This document shows positions 9,984 through 19,179 of a stretch of 64,000 nt of DNA, in pieces. Origin of the DNA: Pyrobaculum sp. (GTDB taxonomy: Archaea > Thermoproteota > Thermoprotei > Thermoproteales > Thermoproteaceae); contig JBKBOT010000006.1 in the NCBI GenBank assembly GCA_046293555.1, forward strand, positions 1 through 64,000, written 5' to 3'. Numbering within the stretch: position 1 is the first letter of the stretch; each line of letters begins with the position of its first letter. Below the pieces are notes generated by a model. It was not told the DNA's origin, made no database searches, and worked only from the letters and a program-made list of their open reading frames with translations. The translations under genes were made by a program, and so were the position numbers.

Positions 9984-10730
9984 CTCCAGCTCCCTGAAAT
10001 AGCTCTGGTAGCCCAACTCCTCTATCCTCCTGACGACCTCCTCGTCGCCTTCTAGCACCACCCTGCCCTCCACCATGACGTACACCCTGGTGGGTTTGAC
10101 GAAACGGAGCACCCTGGCGTAATGTGTGGAGATAAGCACCCCGCTTTTAGAGGAGGCCAGCCTGGTGACTACACGTCCCACCGCGGCGATGCCGTCAATA
10201 TCCAGGCCGCTGTCTGGCTCGTCAAGGACTACAAACTTGGGGCTTAGCAACAGGGCTTGTAGCACCTCAGCTCTCTTAAACTCGCCCCCACTGAGGCCAG
10301 CCCCCACCCCCCTGTTGAAAACCTCTGGATTCAAGCCAAGCTCTGCGGCAATTTTCTGGGCTTGAGCTAGGGCCTGTGGGTTTGGGTCTGTGAGCTTTTT
10401 GCCGGCTCTAATGTTTAACATGGCTTGTAGCAAGAAGGCAAATCTCACCTCCGGCACAGCCACCGGCGCCTGAAACCCCACAAATATCCCCAGGTTAAAC
10501 CTCTCCTCTGGGGCCAACTCCTTTATCGACTGGCCGTCTAGCAGTATGTCTCCCTCCACAACTTCATATTTTGGATTTCCGGCAATAGTTTGAAACAAGG
10601 TGGACTTGCCGCTGCCGTTTGGGCCCATTAACACCACCACCTCGCCGCTGGAGACCGAGAGGTCGACGCCCTTTAGTATCTCCCTCCCCCCCACGGCCAC
10701 CTTCAGGTTTTTCACTTCTAGCTTGTGCAT
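9969..10730 (-). CDS. sufC: Fe-S cluster assembly ABC ATPase SufC
   Basis: MGPNGSGKST, LSGGE.KR.E, LDEPDSGLDID, STHY; divergent from sufB. Confidence 0.95.
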   Translation of the reverse strand: MHKLEVKNLKVAVGGREILKGVDLSVSSGEVVVLMGPNGSGKSTLFQTIAGNPKYEVVEGDILLDGQSIKELAPEERFNLGIFVGFQAPVAVPEVRFAFLLQAMLNIRAGKKLTDPNPQALAQAQKIAAELGLNPEVFNRGVGAGLSGGEFKRAEVLQALLLSPKFVVLDEPDSGLDIDGIAAVGRVVTRLASSKSGVLISTHYARVLRFVKPTRVYVMVEGRVVLEGDEEVVRRIEELGYQSYFRELESAGS

Positions 10731-10788
10731 ATGTAGATCGAATTGAAGTTTTAAAAAAGACTTTTAACATTCAATCGAGGTTTTTGAC

Positions 10789-12207
10789 ATGGCTGAAGGT
10801 ATACAGGCCACAATTAGCCACGTGGAGTCTATAGAGGAGGCTTTAGGCCACGAGAGGAAGTTTGCATACCAGATTGAGCTACGTGGGAAAATCACGAGAG
10901 ATATGGTTGAAGAGATAAGTAGAGTCAAGGGGGAGCCCGACTGGATGAGGCGGCTTAGGTTGAGAATGTTGGAACTATTTGAAAAACTGCCTACGCCCAA
11001 ATGGGTGAGGGCAGTGAGGGAGGTGGACCTTGAGGCTTTGGTACATTACGCCAAGCCGCAGGCAGAGGCGGCCTCCAGCTGGGACCAAGTGCCTAAAGAG
11101 ATTAGGGAATATTACGAGAAGCTGGGGCTACCTGAGATCGAGGCCAAGGCGCTGTTGGGCCTCGGCGCCCAGTTTGACAGCGAGATTATATACTTCAACC
11201 TAAAGAGGAAACTACAGGAAAAGGGCGTGATAATGCTCCCCATGGAGGAGGCGGTGAAGAGGCATCCAGACTTGGTGCAGAGATACTTCATGAAGGTATT
11301 TCCCCCAGAGCACAAATTCGCGGCGCTACACGGCGCCTTGTGGTCCGGCGGGGTGTTCATATATGTGCCCCCCGGCGTGAGGATAGAACAGCCGCTAGAG
11401 ACCTTCTTCTTTATAGGCCAGTCGATGGAGTCCCAGATGGAGCACTCCATAGTGGTGGCAGATAGGGGAGCCTATGTCCACTGGATTGAGGGCTGTTCTG
11501 CGCCGAGACTTCTCAAATATTCTTTCCATAACGGCATGGTGGAGGGATACGCCCACGAGGGCGCCACGTTGAAGATAACCACCGTGCAGAACTGGTCTAG
11601 AAATGTGGTTAATTTTAACAACAAGAGGGCTGTGGCTGAGGCCAGGGCTAGGGTGAACTGGGTGGAGGGGTCTATAGGCAGTAAGACTACCTACACCTTC
11701 CCCTCCACGGTGCTGAGGGGAGGGGGGGCTTCCACGGAGATTGTGGGCATAACTGCCGCAAAGGGGGCCCTCTGGAAGGAAAACGGCGCGAAGGTGTGGC
11801 ACCTGGCGCCAAATACCAGCAGCCGGGTGGTGAACAAGAGTATTTCCGCAGAGGGGGGCGTTGCGGTATATAGAGGCGTGGTTCACATACAGCGGGGGGC
11901 CAAACACGCCAGGTCTCACGTCCAGTGCGACTCACTTGTGTTAGACAGAGAGTCCGCCACCCTCACCATACCTCACGACCAGGTCTTCGAGGAGACGGCG
12001 GTAGTTACACATGAGGCCACCGCCTCTACCATATCTGAAGAGAAGCTGGCCTACCTCCGCGCCAGGGGTTTCCCTGAGGAAAGCGCAAAGGCTGCAGTGG
12101 TGCTGGGGTTTGTAGACGACGTGTTGAAAGACCTGCCTTTCGAATATGCGGTAGTGCTCCGTAGGGTGATAGAGCTGGAGTTCGGCAAGTTGTCTAAAGT
12201 AGGGTAG
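10789..12207 (+). CDS. sufB: Fe-S cluster assembly protein SufB
   Basis: GAQFDSE, WSGG.FIYVP, IEGCSAP, VQNWS, CDSL, HEAT, LPFEYAV. Confidence 0.96.
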   Translation: MAEGIQATISHVESIEEALGHERKFAYQIELRGKITRDMVEEISRVKGEPDWMRRLRLRMLELFEKLPTPKWVRAVREVDLEALVHYAKPQAEAASSWDQVPKEIREYYEKLGLPEIEAKALLGLGAQFDSEIIYFNLKRKLQEKGVIMLPMEEAVKRHPDLVQRYFMKVFPPEHKFAALHGALWSGGVFIYVPPGVRIEQPLETFFFIGQSMESQMEHSIVVADRGAYVHWIEGCSAPRLLKYSFHNGMVEGYAHEGATLKITTVQNWSRNVVNFNNKRAVAEARARVNWVEGSIGSKTTYTFPSTVLRGGGASTEIVGITAAKGALWKENGAKVWHLAPNTSSRVVNKSISAEGGVAVYRGVVHIQRGAKHARSHVQCDSLVLDRESATLTIPHDQVFEETAVVTHEATASTISEEKLAYLRARGFPEESAKAAVVLGFVDDVLKDLPFEYAVVLRRVIELEFGKLSKVG

Positions 12208-12235
12208 TTTTTTAAAGCCAACAAAAAATTGTGCC

Positions 12236-12817
12236 ATGTGTATATCTGACAGATTTTCCACATGTGTCCCCGAGACAGATGGAGAAATGGTGGCAAGACT
12301 GGCGTTAGAGATTTTAGAAAGCCTAGACGCCTCTCCGTACGACATAATAGGCGTGGCGGCCGCCTTTGGCGCCGACGCGGCACAACTCAAGAAGAGACTT
12401 GGCACAGAGGTCTCTGGACATGTAAAAAGGCCTGTCTCCACCTTTTTGTATAACTACGGGAGGGCCCACGGCTACCAGAAGGTAGAGAGAGAGCTGTTAA
12501 AACTATACCAGGCCTCCCGCGGCGCCTGCCTCTGTCCAGTGGGGCCTCTAGCCCCCCTGGAGGGTGGGGGCTATATAGTCCAGAGGCCTTCCGGCATCTA
12601 TATATGTGGAGAGGGGTGTAGAGAGGTGGGGGAGCCTCTAGCTCTTTACGAACACCCCCAGGGCTGCATGTTTTACAGCCCTCCCCTAGTTCTGACAGGA
12701 CAGCCCATGTCTGCGGTGACTACAGCCTTAAAACAGCTAAAAGTCTCCGAGCCGGAGCTAGTGGCCCGTTACCTCCTGCCGGGTCTCTGTAGGGACCTCT
12801 GGGGGGTCTACATATAG
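12236..12817 (+). CDS. hypothetical Cys-containing protein
   Basis: 193-aa ORF 19-20 nt after TTTTAAA, abutting the next gene. Confidence 0.7.
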   Translation: MCISDRFSTCVPETDGEMVARLALEILESLDASPYDIIGVAAAFGADAAQLKKRLGTEVSGHVKRPVSTFLYNYGRAHGYQKVERELLKLYQASRGACLCPVGPLAPLEGGGYIVQRPSGIYICGEGCREVGEPLALYEHPQGCMFYSPPLVLTGQPMSAVTTALKQLKVSEPELVARYLLPGLCRDLWGVYI

Positions 12818-13714
12818 ATGTATATTGGCCTCATAAGGCCGTACGAGGTGGAGTTCAACCCTGGGGATATCTCCGACCTAGAGGAGGCAATTAGAAAGAG
12901 GGGACACACGCCGGTGAGGATATATGTGGACATGTTGGAACTACATATCGGCTCTAAGATTGAGGTGCGTCACGCCGTGGGGAAAAGCCAGCCGGCAGAG
13001 GTGGGGGTAGATGGCGCCTTGTTGAGACACCTGGGGATATTTAGAGATTTTGAACAATTTCTACACAGGGTGTGGGCGGTGGCCACGTTGGAGGAGATGG
13101 GGATATATGTCATGAATCCAGTAATCCCCTGGATGGTCGCCGGCGACAAGACCGCGGCCTTGTTGAAACTGGCCAAGGCGGGCCTCCCGGTGCCCCCCAC
13201 AGTGGTGTCTGAAAACATGTTTGCCGGCTATAGGGCGGTGAAGGAGTTCGGGAGGGCTGTGGTTAAACAGACTAGAGGCGCCATGGGCTACGGCGTGTTT
13301 CTAGTAGAGGACCCAGACGTGGCTTTTCACATCTTCTCAATGTTGGTAAATATAAACAAGCCTATCTACGTCCAGAAGTATGTAGAAAAGGGGCGGGGTG
13401 ACTACAGGGTGGTCGTGGTGGGCGGGCGGGCGGTGGGGGCGGAGTACAGACAGTCAGAAGGCTGGAAGACAAACGTGGCGCAGGGGGCACGGCCGCTGGC
13501 CGCCAGGCTGACGCCAGAGCTAGAGGAGCTGGCGGTAAAGGCGGTGAGTACCCTATCTCTAGACTACGGCGGGGTAGATGTGGCTGAGACAAGAGAGGGG
13601 TACCTCATCCTTGAGGTCAACCCAACTATGAGCTGGCAGGGCTTTAAGGCCGCCACGGGGATAAACCCGGCGGAATATATAGTGGACCACCTGTTGGCCA
13701 AGATAAAAAGCTAG
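12818..13714 (+). CDS. RimK-family ATP-grasp ligase (LysX/ArgX-like)
   Basis: DK...L...GLPVP.T, G..G.GV, Y.Q.Y, DYRVVVVG, WKTNVAQG, YGGVD, EVN. Confidence 0.88.
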   Translation: MYIGLIRPYEVEFNPGDISDLEEAIRKRGHTPVRIYVDMLELHIGSKIEVRHAVGKSQPAEVGVDGALLRHLGIFRDFEQFLHRVWAVATLEEMGIYVMNPVIPWMVAGDKTAALLKLAKAGLPVPPTVVSENMFAGYRAVKEFGRAVVKQTRGAMGYGVFLVEDPDVAFHIFSMLVNINKPIYVQKYVEKGRGDYRVVVVGGRAVGAEYRQSEGWKTNVAQGARPLAARLTPELEELAVKAVSTLSLDYGGVDVAETREGYLILEVNPTMSWQGFKAATGINPAEYIVDHLLAKIKS

Positions 13715-14628
13715 CGGCCTTTCAGGAGGTAGAGAAAAACCGCCTTTGCTGTATGCATCCTGTTTTCCGCCTGGTCCCACACGGCGGACTGGGGGCCATC
13801 TAGCACCTCGTCTGTAACCTCCTCCCCCCTGTGTGCCGGCAGGCAGTGTAGAAAGACAGCCCCCCTCCCGGCGGCTTCCATCACCCCGCTGTTTACCTGA
13901 TAGGGCTTCAGGAGGCGTCTTCTCTCTTCTGCCTCCTTTTCGAAACCCATGGAGACCCATACGTCCGTATAGACGCCGTCTACTCCCGCCACCTCGCTGA
14001 CAGAATCTGTAAAGTATATATGTCCCCCAGTCCGCTCTCCGCCTAGCTCTTCCAGCAGTTTGTAATTCCACAGCTGTTTTGGCCCCACTAGCCTCACCTC
14101 CCACCCAAGCTTGACGCCAATTATGGCGAGGCTGGTGGCCACGTTGTTAGAAACGTCGCCGACAAAGGCTACCTTCAGGTTTCTCAACCTGCCGGCTCTC
14201 TCCCAGAGGGTGAGGGCGTCTGCCAGAGCCTGTAGGGGGTGGTGTCTGTCCGATAGGGCGTTTACCACAGGTATGTCGCTATGTCTAGCCATCTCCTCGA
14301 GGGTGTTGTGCGTATATACTCTTGCGGCCACCAGAGAGGCGTATCTAGACACAACCCTCATGGTGTCGGCAATAGTCTCCCCGCGGCCGAGCTGGAGCTC
14401 ATTTGGGCTAACGTAAAGAGGCTGCATGCCCAGCTGCGCCGCCGCGGAGGCGAGAGAAAGCCTAGTCCTTGTGCTAGGCTTTTCGAAATACAACACGGCC
14501 ACCCTCCCGGCGAGAAGCGGCATGTAGACCTCCCCCGCTCTATACCTGGCCTTAAGCTCTCTGGAGATGTACAAAAGGTCTTCCACCTCGTGGGGCTGGA
14601 ACTCTAATAGCGTCAAGAGGTGTTTCAT
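13711..14628 (-). CDS. argF: ornithine carbamoyltransferase
   Basis: FEKPSTRT, HPLQALAD, YTDVWVSMG, FLHCLP, QAENR. Confidence 0.97.
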   Translation of the reverse strand: MKHLLTLLEFQPHEVEDLLYISRELKARYRAGEVYMPLLAGRVAVLYFEKPSTRTRLSLASAAAQLGMQPLYVSPNELQLGRGETIADTMRVVSRYASLVAARVYTHNTLEEMARHSDIPVVNALSDRHHPLQALADALTLWERAGRLRNLKVAFVGDVSNNVATSLAIIGVKLGWEVRLVGPKQLWNYKLLEELGGERTGGHIYFTDSVSEVAGVDGVYTDVWVSMGFEKEAEERRRLLKPYQVNSGVMEAAGRGAVFLHCLPAHRGEEVTDEVLDGPQSAVWDQAENRMHTAKAVFLYLLKGR

Positions 14629-14644
14629 GAAATATTTAACGGCT

Positions 14645-16030
14645 TTATTTATTTACCGGAAGCTCTTTTAACACAAGGCTAGTCAAGGTGGAGGCAACCC
14701 CCTTGACCTCCCTAATGTGTTCAATAACGTTGTTAAGATCTTCGGTGTTTTCAGCCACGACCTTCACCACGATGTCGTAATCGCCTGTAACCTCAGACAC
14801 TGCGGCCACGTTTTTCAACGCCGCCAGGCGTCGCGCCACGGAGGTGGTGTAGACGTTATTAGCCACCTTAATCCAGACGTAGGCCTCTATGTGCCTATTT
14901 ACTCTCGCCCTGTAGGCCGTCTTGGTGATTTTCTCTAGTATTTCCAACAGGTCGTCATCGCGGAGCCGCCTCACGTTGAGACTTTTCACCTCTTCTACCA
15001 ACCTGTCTACCACGTCCAGGGGGACCGTGATGCCCATACGTTCTAGCCTATACTGTATGGCTTTCCTCCCGCTGTATTTATCTAGAGAGAAGTCCCGTTC
15101 TCTCCCCACAACTTCTGGAGGTATGGGCTCGTAGGTCTCCGGGCTGGCTATAACTCCAGCCTGATGTACGCCAGCCTTATGTGTAAATACGTTTTCCCCA
15201 ACAATGGGGAAGTTAGGCATTGTGGGGATCCCGCTGGCAGTCTCCACAAGGGCTGTGACCCCCGGGAGTTTTTTCAAGTCTACCAACTGGACGCCGCGGT
15301 GGTAGTAATATGCCGCCGCGAAGACCTGTAGCGGCGTGATGCCCGCCCTCTCCCCAAGGCCGTTGACAGTAGTGTGGACGACATCTGCTCCCCCCTCCAC
15401 AGCCGCCAGACTGTTAGCTACAGCCATGCCGAAGTCGTTATGGGCATGTATGTCTAACCCCACTGTGGGCACAGCCCTTTTGGCCATAGAGAAGACCTCT
15501 CTCGCCCTATCTGGCGTAAAGACCCCCACCGTGTCTGCAATACTGACCCTATCTGCGCCAGCCTCGTGGGCTGTCTTCACCACCTGGATCAAGTAGTTTA
15601 AGTCAGCCCTAGAGGCGTCTTCTGCGGTGAATCTCACAGCCACGCCGTGAGATCTAGCGAGCGAGACCATTTCCGCAACTATCTGGAGGGCCTCCTCCCT
15701 GCTTTTCCTGTGTTTATGTCTCAAATGGATATCGCTAATGCCGTAAAAAACCGCCACTCTATCTGGCTCCAGAGAGGCTGCGTTCTCCAGATCTCTCCTT
15801 ACGGCTCTGGAGTGGACTACTATCTCGCCTTTAATCTCCCCGTTTTTCTTCATGGCTACTATCTTCTTAACTGCCTGTCTTATGTCAGGAGCCACGTTGG
15901 GATCTCCCACTTCAATCATCCCAACTCCTATATCCGACAGCGCCTTTGTGATTCTAACCCGCCACTCTTCGGAAAATATGACGCCGGGGGTCTGCTCCCC
16001 CTCTCTTAAGGTGGAGTCTAGAATCGCCAC
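14645..16030 (-). CDS. homocitrate synthase with C-terminal Lrp/AsnC (RAM) ligand-binding domain; true start may be ATG 16050 via a -1 frameshift
   Basis: LDSTLREGEQ, RFTAED, HAHND, GLGERAG, HKAGVH; C-terminal EVTGDYDIVVKV...IR.VKGV..T.T. Confidence 0.88.
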   Translation of the reverse strand: MAILDSTLREGEQTPGVIFSEEWRVRITKALSDIGVGMIEVGDPNVAPDIRQAVKKIVAMKKNGEIKGEIVVHSRAVRRDLENAASLEPDRVAVFYGISDIHLRHKHRKSREEALQIVAEMVSLARSHGVAVRFTAEDASRADLNYLIQVVKTAHEAGADRVSIADTVGVFTPDRAREVFSMAKRAVPTVGLDIHAHNDFGMAVANSLAAVEGGADVVHTTVNGLGERAGITPLQVFAAAYYYHRGVQLVDLKKLPGVTALVETASGIPTMPNFPIVGENVFTHKAGVHQAGVIASPETYEPIPPEVVGRERDFSLDKYSGRKAIQYRLERMGITVPLDVVDRLVEEVKSLNVRRLRDDDLLEILEKITKTAYRARVNRHIEAYVWIKVANNVYTTSVARRLAALKNVAAVSEVTGDYDIVVKVVAENTEDLNNVIEHIREVKGVASTLTSLVLKELPVNK

Positions 16031-16050
16031 TCTTTCCCCTCTCGAGCCAT
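16018..16050 (-). other. leader mini-ORF MAREGKEWRF* with G-GGG-AAA(Lys) candidate -1 slip site
   Basis: ATG 18 nt after TTTTATAT (16076-16069); a -1 slip on GGGG (16039-36) joins the homocitrate synthase frame. Confidence 0.6.
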
Positions 16051-16079
16051 GTCGCCAAGATGAGACAGATATAAAAGCC

Positions 16080-17063
16080 TTACGCCACCAGAGAGGCCAC
16101 GTGTTTACCCACCTCTCTCGTGGCGTTAGAGCCGCCGATGTCAGGCGTCTTCACTCCCGCCTCTAGGGTCTTCTCCACAGCCCACCTTATGGCGCCAGCG
16201 GCCTCCTTTTCGCCAAGCCATTCAAACATCATGGCGGCAGACAGAATGGCGGCAATGGGGTTTGCAACACCTCTACCAGCTATGTCAAACGCGGCGCCGT
16301 GTACCGGCTCAAACATGGCCTTTCTGTCGCCAATATTGCCGCTAGGGGCCAAGCCGAGTCCCCCCGCCACCTGTGCCGCCAGATCTGTCAAAATATCGCC
16401 ATATTGGTTTGGAGTTAACACCACGTCGAAGCGGGTGGGGTTCCTCACGAGCTCCATAGCCGCGGCGTCTACATACATCTGGTCTACCTCTAGTCCTTTC
16501 AGCTCTTCTAGCGCCACGTCTCTAAAAAGCCCATCTGCCACTCTCAACACGTTCGCCTTGTGGACTATGGTGACTCTCTTTTTCCGCATTTCTGCATACC
16601 TCCTGGCCACCCTGGCCACCCGTCTGGTCCCCTCCTCGGTGATGACCTTAAGCGCTATGGCCACGCCGCCGGCTTTATACTCTGCGCCTATGTATACATC
16701 CTCCACGTTTTCTCTCACAAAGATGCAGTCAATAGGCCTTATCGCCGGGACGCCGGGGAGGTTTTTTACAGGCCTGATGTTGGCATATAGCAGATATCTC
16801 GCCCTAATTAAAGAGGTGACGTCAAAAGCGGACTCCCCCACAGGCCCCTTGAATATAACGTCTGCGGCATCTGCCAGCTTTAAGGTCTCAGGCGGCATGG
16901 CCACCCCGTATCTTCTAAACGCCTCGTCGCCAGCCTCCGCCATCTTTATCTCAAACTCCACGCCGTATTTGGCGGCAGCGGTGTTTACTACATACATCGC
17001 CGCCTCTACTACCTCAGGCCCGATGCCGTCTCCCGGAATTACGAGAAGCCTATATGGCGCCAT
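16080..17063 (-). CDS. leuB: 3-isopropylmalate/homoisocitrate dehydrogenase
   Basis: [42 protein letters not shown]. Confidence 0.92.
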   Translation of the reverse strand: MAPYRLLVIPGDGIGPEVVEAAMYVVNTAAAKYGVEFEIKMAEAGDEAFRRYGVAMPPETLKLADAADVIFKGPVGESAFDVTSLIRARYLLYANIRPVKNLPGVPAIRPIDCIFVRENVEDVYIGAEYKAGGVAIALKVITEEGTRRVARVARRYAEMRKKRVTIVHKANVLRVADGLFRDVALEELKGLEVDQMYVDAAAMELVRNPTRFDVVLTPNQYGDILTDLAAQVAGGLGLAPSGNIGDRKAMFEPVHGAAFDIAGRGVANPIAAILSAAMMFEWLGEKEAAGAIRWAVEKTLEAGVKTPDIGGSNATREVGKHVASLVA

Positions 17064-18182
17064 AAGACCTCACGACCTCTTTTAGTACCACCTCATCTAC
17101 CCTAATCTTTCTCGCTGCATATTCTTTAACTTTCTCCAAGACGTATGTAACCAGCTCTTCGTCTGGCTCAATCCCAAGGTTTTTCAAAGCCCACTCTACT
17201 GAGTGTTTGCCGGAGTGTTTACCCAACACAATCCTCCTCCTGTTGCCCACATCTTCTGGCCTCATGGGCTCGTAGGTAAATGGGTTATTTAACACCCCAT
17301 GTACATGTATCCCCGCCTCGTGGCTAAAGGCGTTCTCCCCCACCACCGCCTTGTTGGGAGGCAGAGAGATGCCAAACAGTTTTGACACTAGTTGAGACAA
17401 CTCGTAGAGCTTATGTAGCCTTATGTTTGTCCTGTATCCCAACAGGAAGTGTAACGCGGCCACCACTTCTTCCAACGCCGCGTTTCCAGCCCGCTCGCCG
17501 AAATTATTTACCACCACCTGCGCTACCTCCGCCCCAGCCTCTATTGCCGTCACCGTGTTGGCTACAGCCATGCCGAAATCGTCGTGGCAGTGGACATGTA
17601 TAGATACTGGCGGCAGCCTGTCTTTTAGGTAAGTTATTAGGTAGGACATCCTGCCGGGAGTCATCACCCCCACTGTGTCTGGGACGTTTATCTCGTCTGC
17701 CCCCGCCTCTATGGCGGCTCTATAGGCCTCCACTAGAAACTCCAAGTCGCTCCTAGTGGCATCCTCGGCGCTAAACAATACCCTCACCCCGTGAGACTTG
17801 GCGTAAGTCACCACCTCCTCTATCTTCTTGATTACCTCACTGCGGGTCATCTTTAGTTTGTACTTCATATGTATGTCAGAAGTGGCGATAAACAGGTGGG
17901 CTATGTCTATATCTGCGGAGAGGGCGGCATCTACGTCAGATTTGTTCATCCTGGCCAGACTTGCCACTTCCGCGTTTTTCACCTCTCTGGCGATAGCCCT
18001 AATTGCCAACACCTCCTCTCTAGAAACTGCGGCAAATCCGGCTTCTATCATGTCTACCCCAGCGTCGTCTAGGGCAATTGCAATCTGTAGTTTTTCTTGG
18101 GGTGTTAGAGCCACGCCGGGGGTCTGCTCTCCATCTCTCAGAGAGGTGTCAAAGATCTTTATGACACGAGCCCCGAAGCCAT
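17050..18182 (-). CDS. leuA: 2-isopropylmalate synthase (short form, no C-terminal regulatory domain); predicted to need a -1 frameshift after ATG 18182
   Basis: [42 protein letters not shown]; the only in-frame ATG (18201) overlaps the TATA box. Confidence 0.85.
18159..18182 (-). other. leader mini-ORF MASGLVS* with G-GGG-CTC(Leu) candidate -1 slip site
   Basis: ATG 18 nt after GAAAAG-TTTTTATATA (18216-18201); a -1 slip on GGGG (18174-71) joins the leuA frame. Confidence 0.65.
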
Positions 18183-18200
18183 ATAGAGGGAAAATCGACA

Positions 18201-18238
18201 TATATAAAAACTTTTCAGCTCTCTAAAAGATATATATA
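18201..18238. promoter_or_regulatory. divergent BRE/TATA promoters of leuA (-) and leuD (+)
   Basis: minus strand GAAAAGTTTTTATATA; plus strand AAAAGATATATATA 17 nt before the leuD ATG. Confidence 0.7.
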
Positions 18239-18255
18239 GGCGTTTTTTACAGCCT

Positions 18256-18735
18256 ATGCGCATAAGGGGGAGGGCTTTGGTATATGGAGACAAGATAGAC
18301 ACAGATGTCATCATCCCGGCGAAATACCTCGTATATACAGACCCCAAGATACTTGGCCAACACGCCATGGAGCCAATAGACCCCCACTTCCCCCAGAAGG
18401 CAAATGGGGCGATACTGGTGGCAGGCCGCGCCTTCGGCATGGGCTCCTCTAGAGAGCAGGCAGCCATAGCGCTAAAGGGGGCTGGGGTTTTGGCGGTAGT
18501 GGCTGAGAGCTTCGCAAGGATCTTTTTTAGAAACGCCATAAATGTGGGGCTGCCGGCGCTACAAGTGCCAGGCGTGAGGTCTAAAGTGAGGGAGGGGGAT
18601 ATGCTAGAAGTAGACATAGAGGGGGGCCACGTGGTGAATTTAAACACAGGCGAGGTGATAAAAGGCAAGCCCCTCACCGGCCTGCCCTTAGAGATCCTAA
18701 AGGCGGGTGGGCTGATTAGCTTTCTGAAGAAGTAG
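18256..18735 (+). CDS. leuD: 3-isopropylmalate/homoaconitate dehydratase small subunit
   Basis: GDKIDTDVIIP, FGMGSSREQA, SFARIFFRNAINVG. Confidence 0.95.
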   Translation: MRIRGRALVYGDKIDTDVIIPAKYLVYTDPKILGQHAMEPIDPHFPQKANGAILVAGRAFGMGSSREQAAIALKGAGVLAVVAESFARIFFRNAINVGLPALQVPGVRSKVREGDMLEVDIEGGHVVNLNTGEVIKGKPLTGLPLEILKAGGLISFLKK

Positions 18736-19179
18736 CCTACAGCGCGGGCAGAAAAACTGGCTTTTCCTATCTGTATCCAGCAGGGAGTTGCTGAAATACA
18801 TGACGCAGTGGGGGTCGCCACAGTGGCCAAGCCCATATAGATGGCCAGCCTCGTGGGTAATCTCTTTAGCTAGCCTCTCCTCAAATCTTTCCCCCAGTAG
18901 CCTAGCCGTAAACACCACGGCGGTCCCAACCTTGGGTATCGCCAAGCCGAACACATAGCTAAGGCCGGGGTAATACCCGTCGCAGTTTAGCACATAGACT
19001 GTGGGGTATCTCTCCCTGCGCGCCAGAGCTTTTACCGCCCTCTCTGCTCCACACTGGCCCCGGGGCGGGTCAATAAAGGTAGACACATCTACGTCAAAAG
19101 TCCGCCACTCTACGTCAAATTCCGGCACCTCTACTACCGGCAGTGAGGCCGGGGCGTAGACTATAAGCCTAGGCCTCAT
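18697..19179 (-). CDS. amzA: archaemetzincin zinc metalloprotease
   Basis: HEAGHLYGLGHC...CVM.FSNS...D.K...FC..C. Confidence 0.92.
   Translation of the reverse strand: MRPRLIVYAPASLPVVEVPEFDVEWRTFDVDVSTFIDPPRGQCGAERAVKALARRERYPTVYVLNCDGYYPGLSYVFGLAIPKVGTAVVFTARLLGERFEERLAKEITHEAGHLYGLGHCGDPHCVMYFSNSLLDTDRKSQFFCPRCRLLLQKANQPTRL

Noticed and set aside
16120-17085. 321-aa ORF antisense to leuB
   Set aside because: Codon-mirror antisense frame typical of GC-rich genes; no motifs or promoter
18256-18275. G-GGG runs near the starts of leuD and of the gene starting at 45590
   Set aside because: Both ATGs are already in frame, so no shift is needed. This shows that GGGG alone occurs by chance
18159-18836. 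225-aa minus-strand ORF across leuD
   Set aside because: Antisense shadow; only its last 7 codons, the leuA leader, appear meaningful
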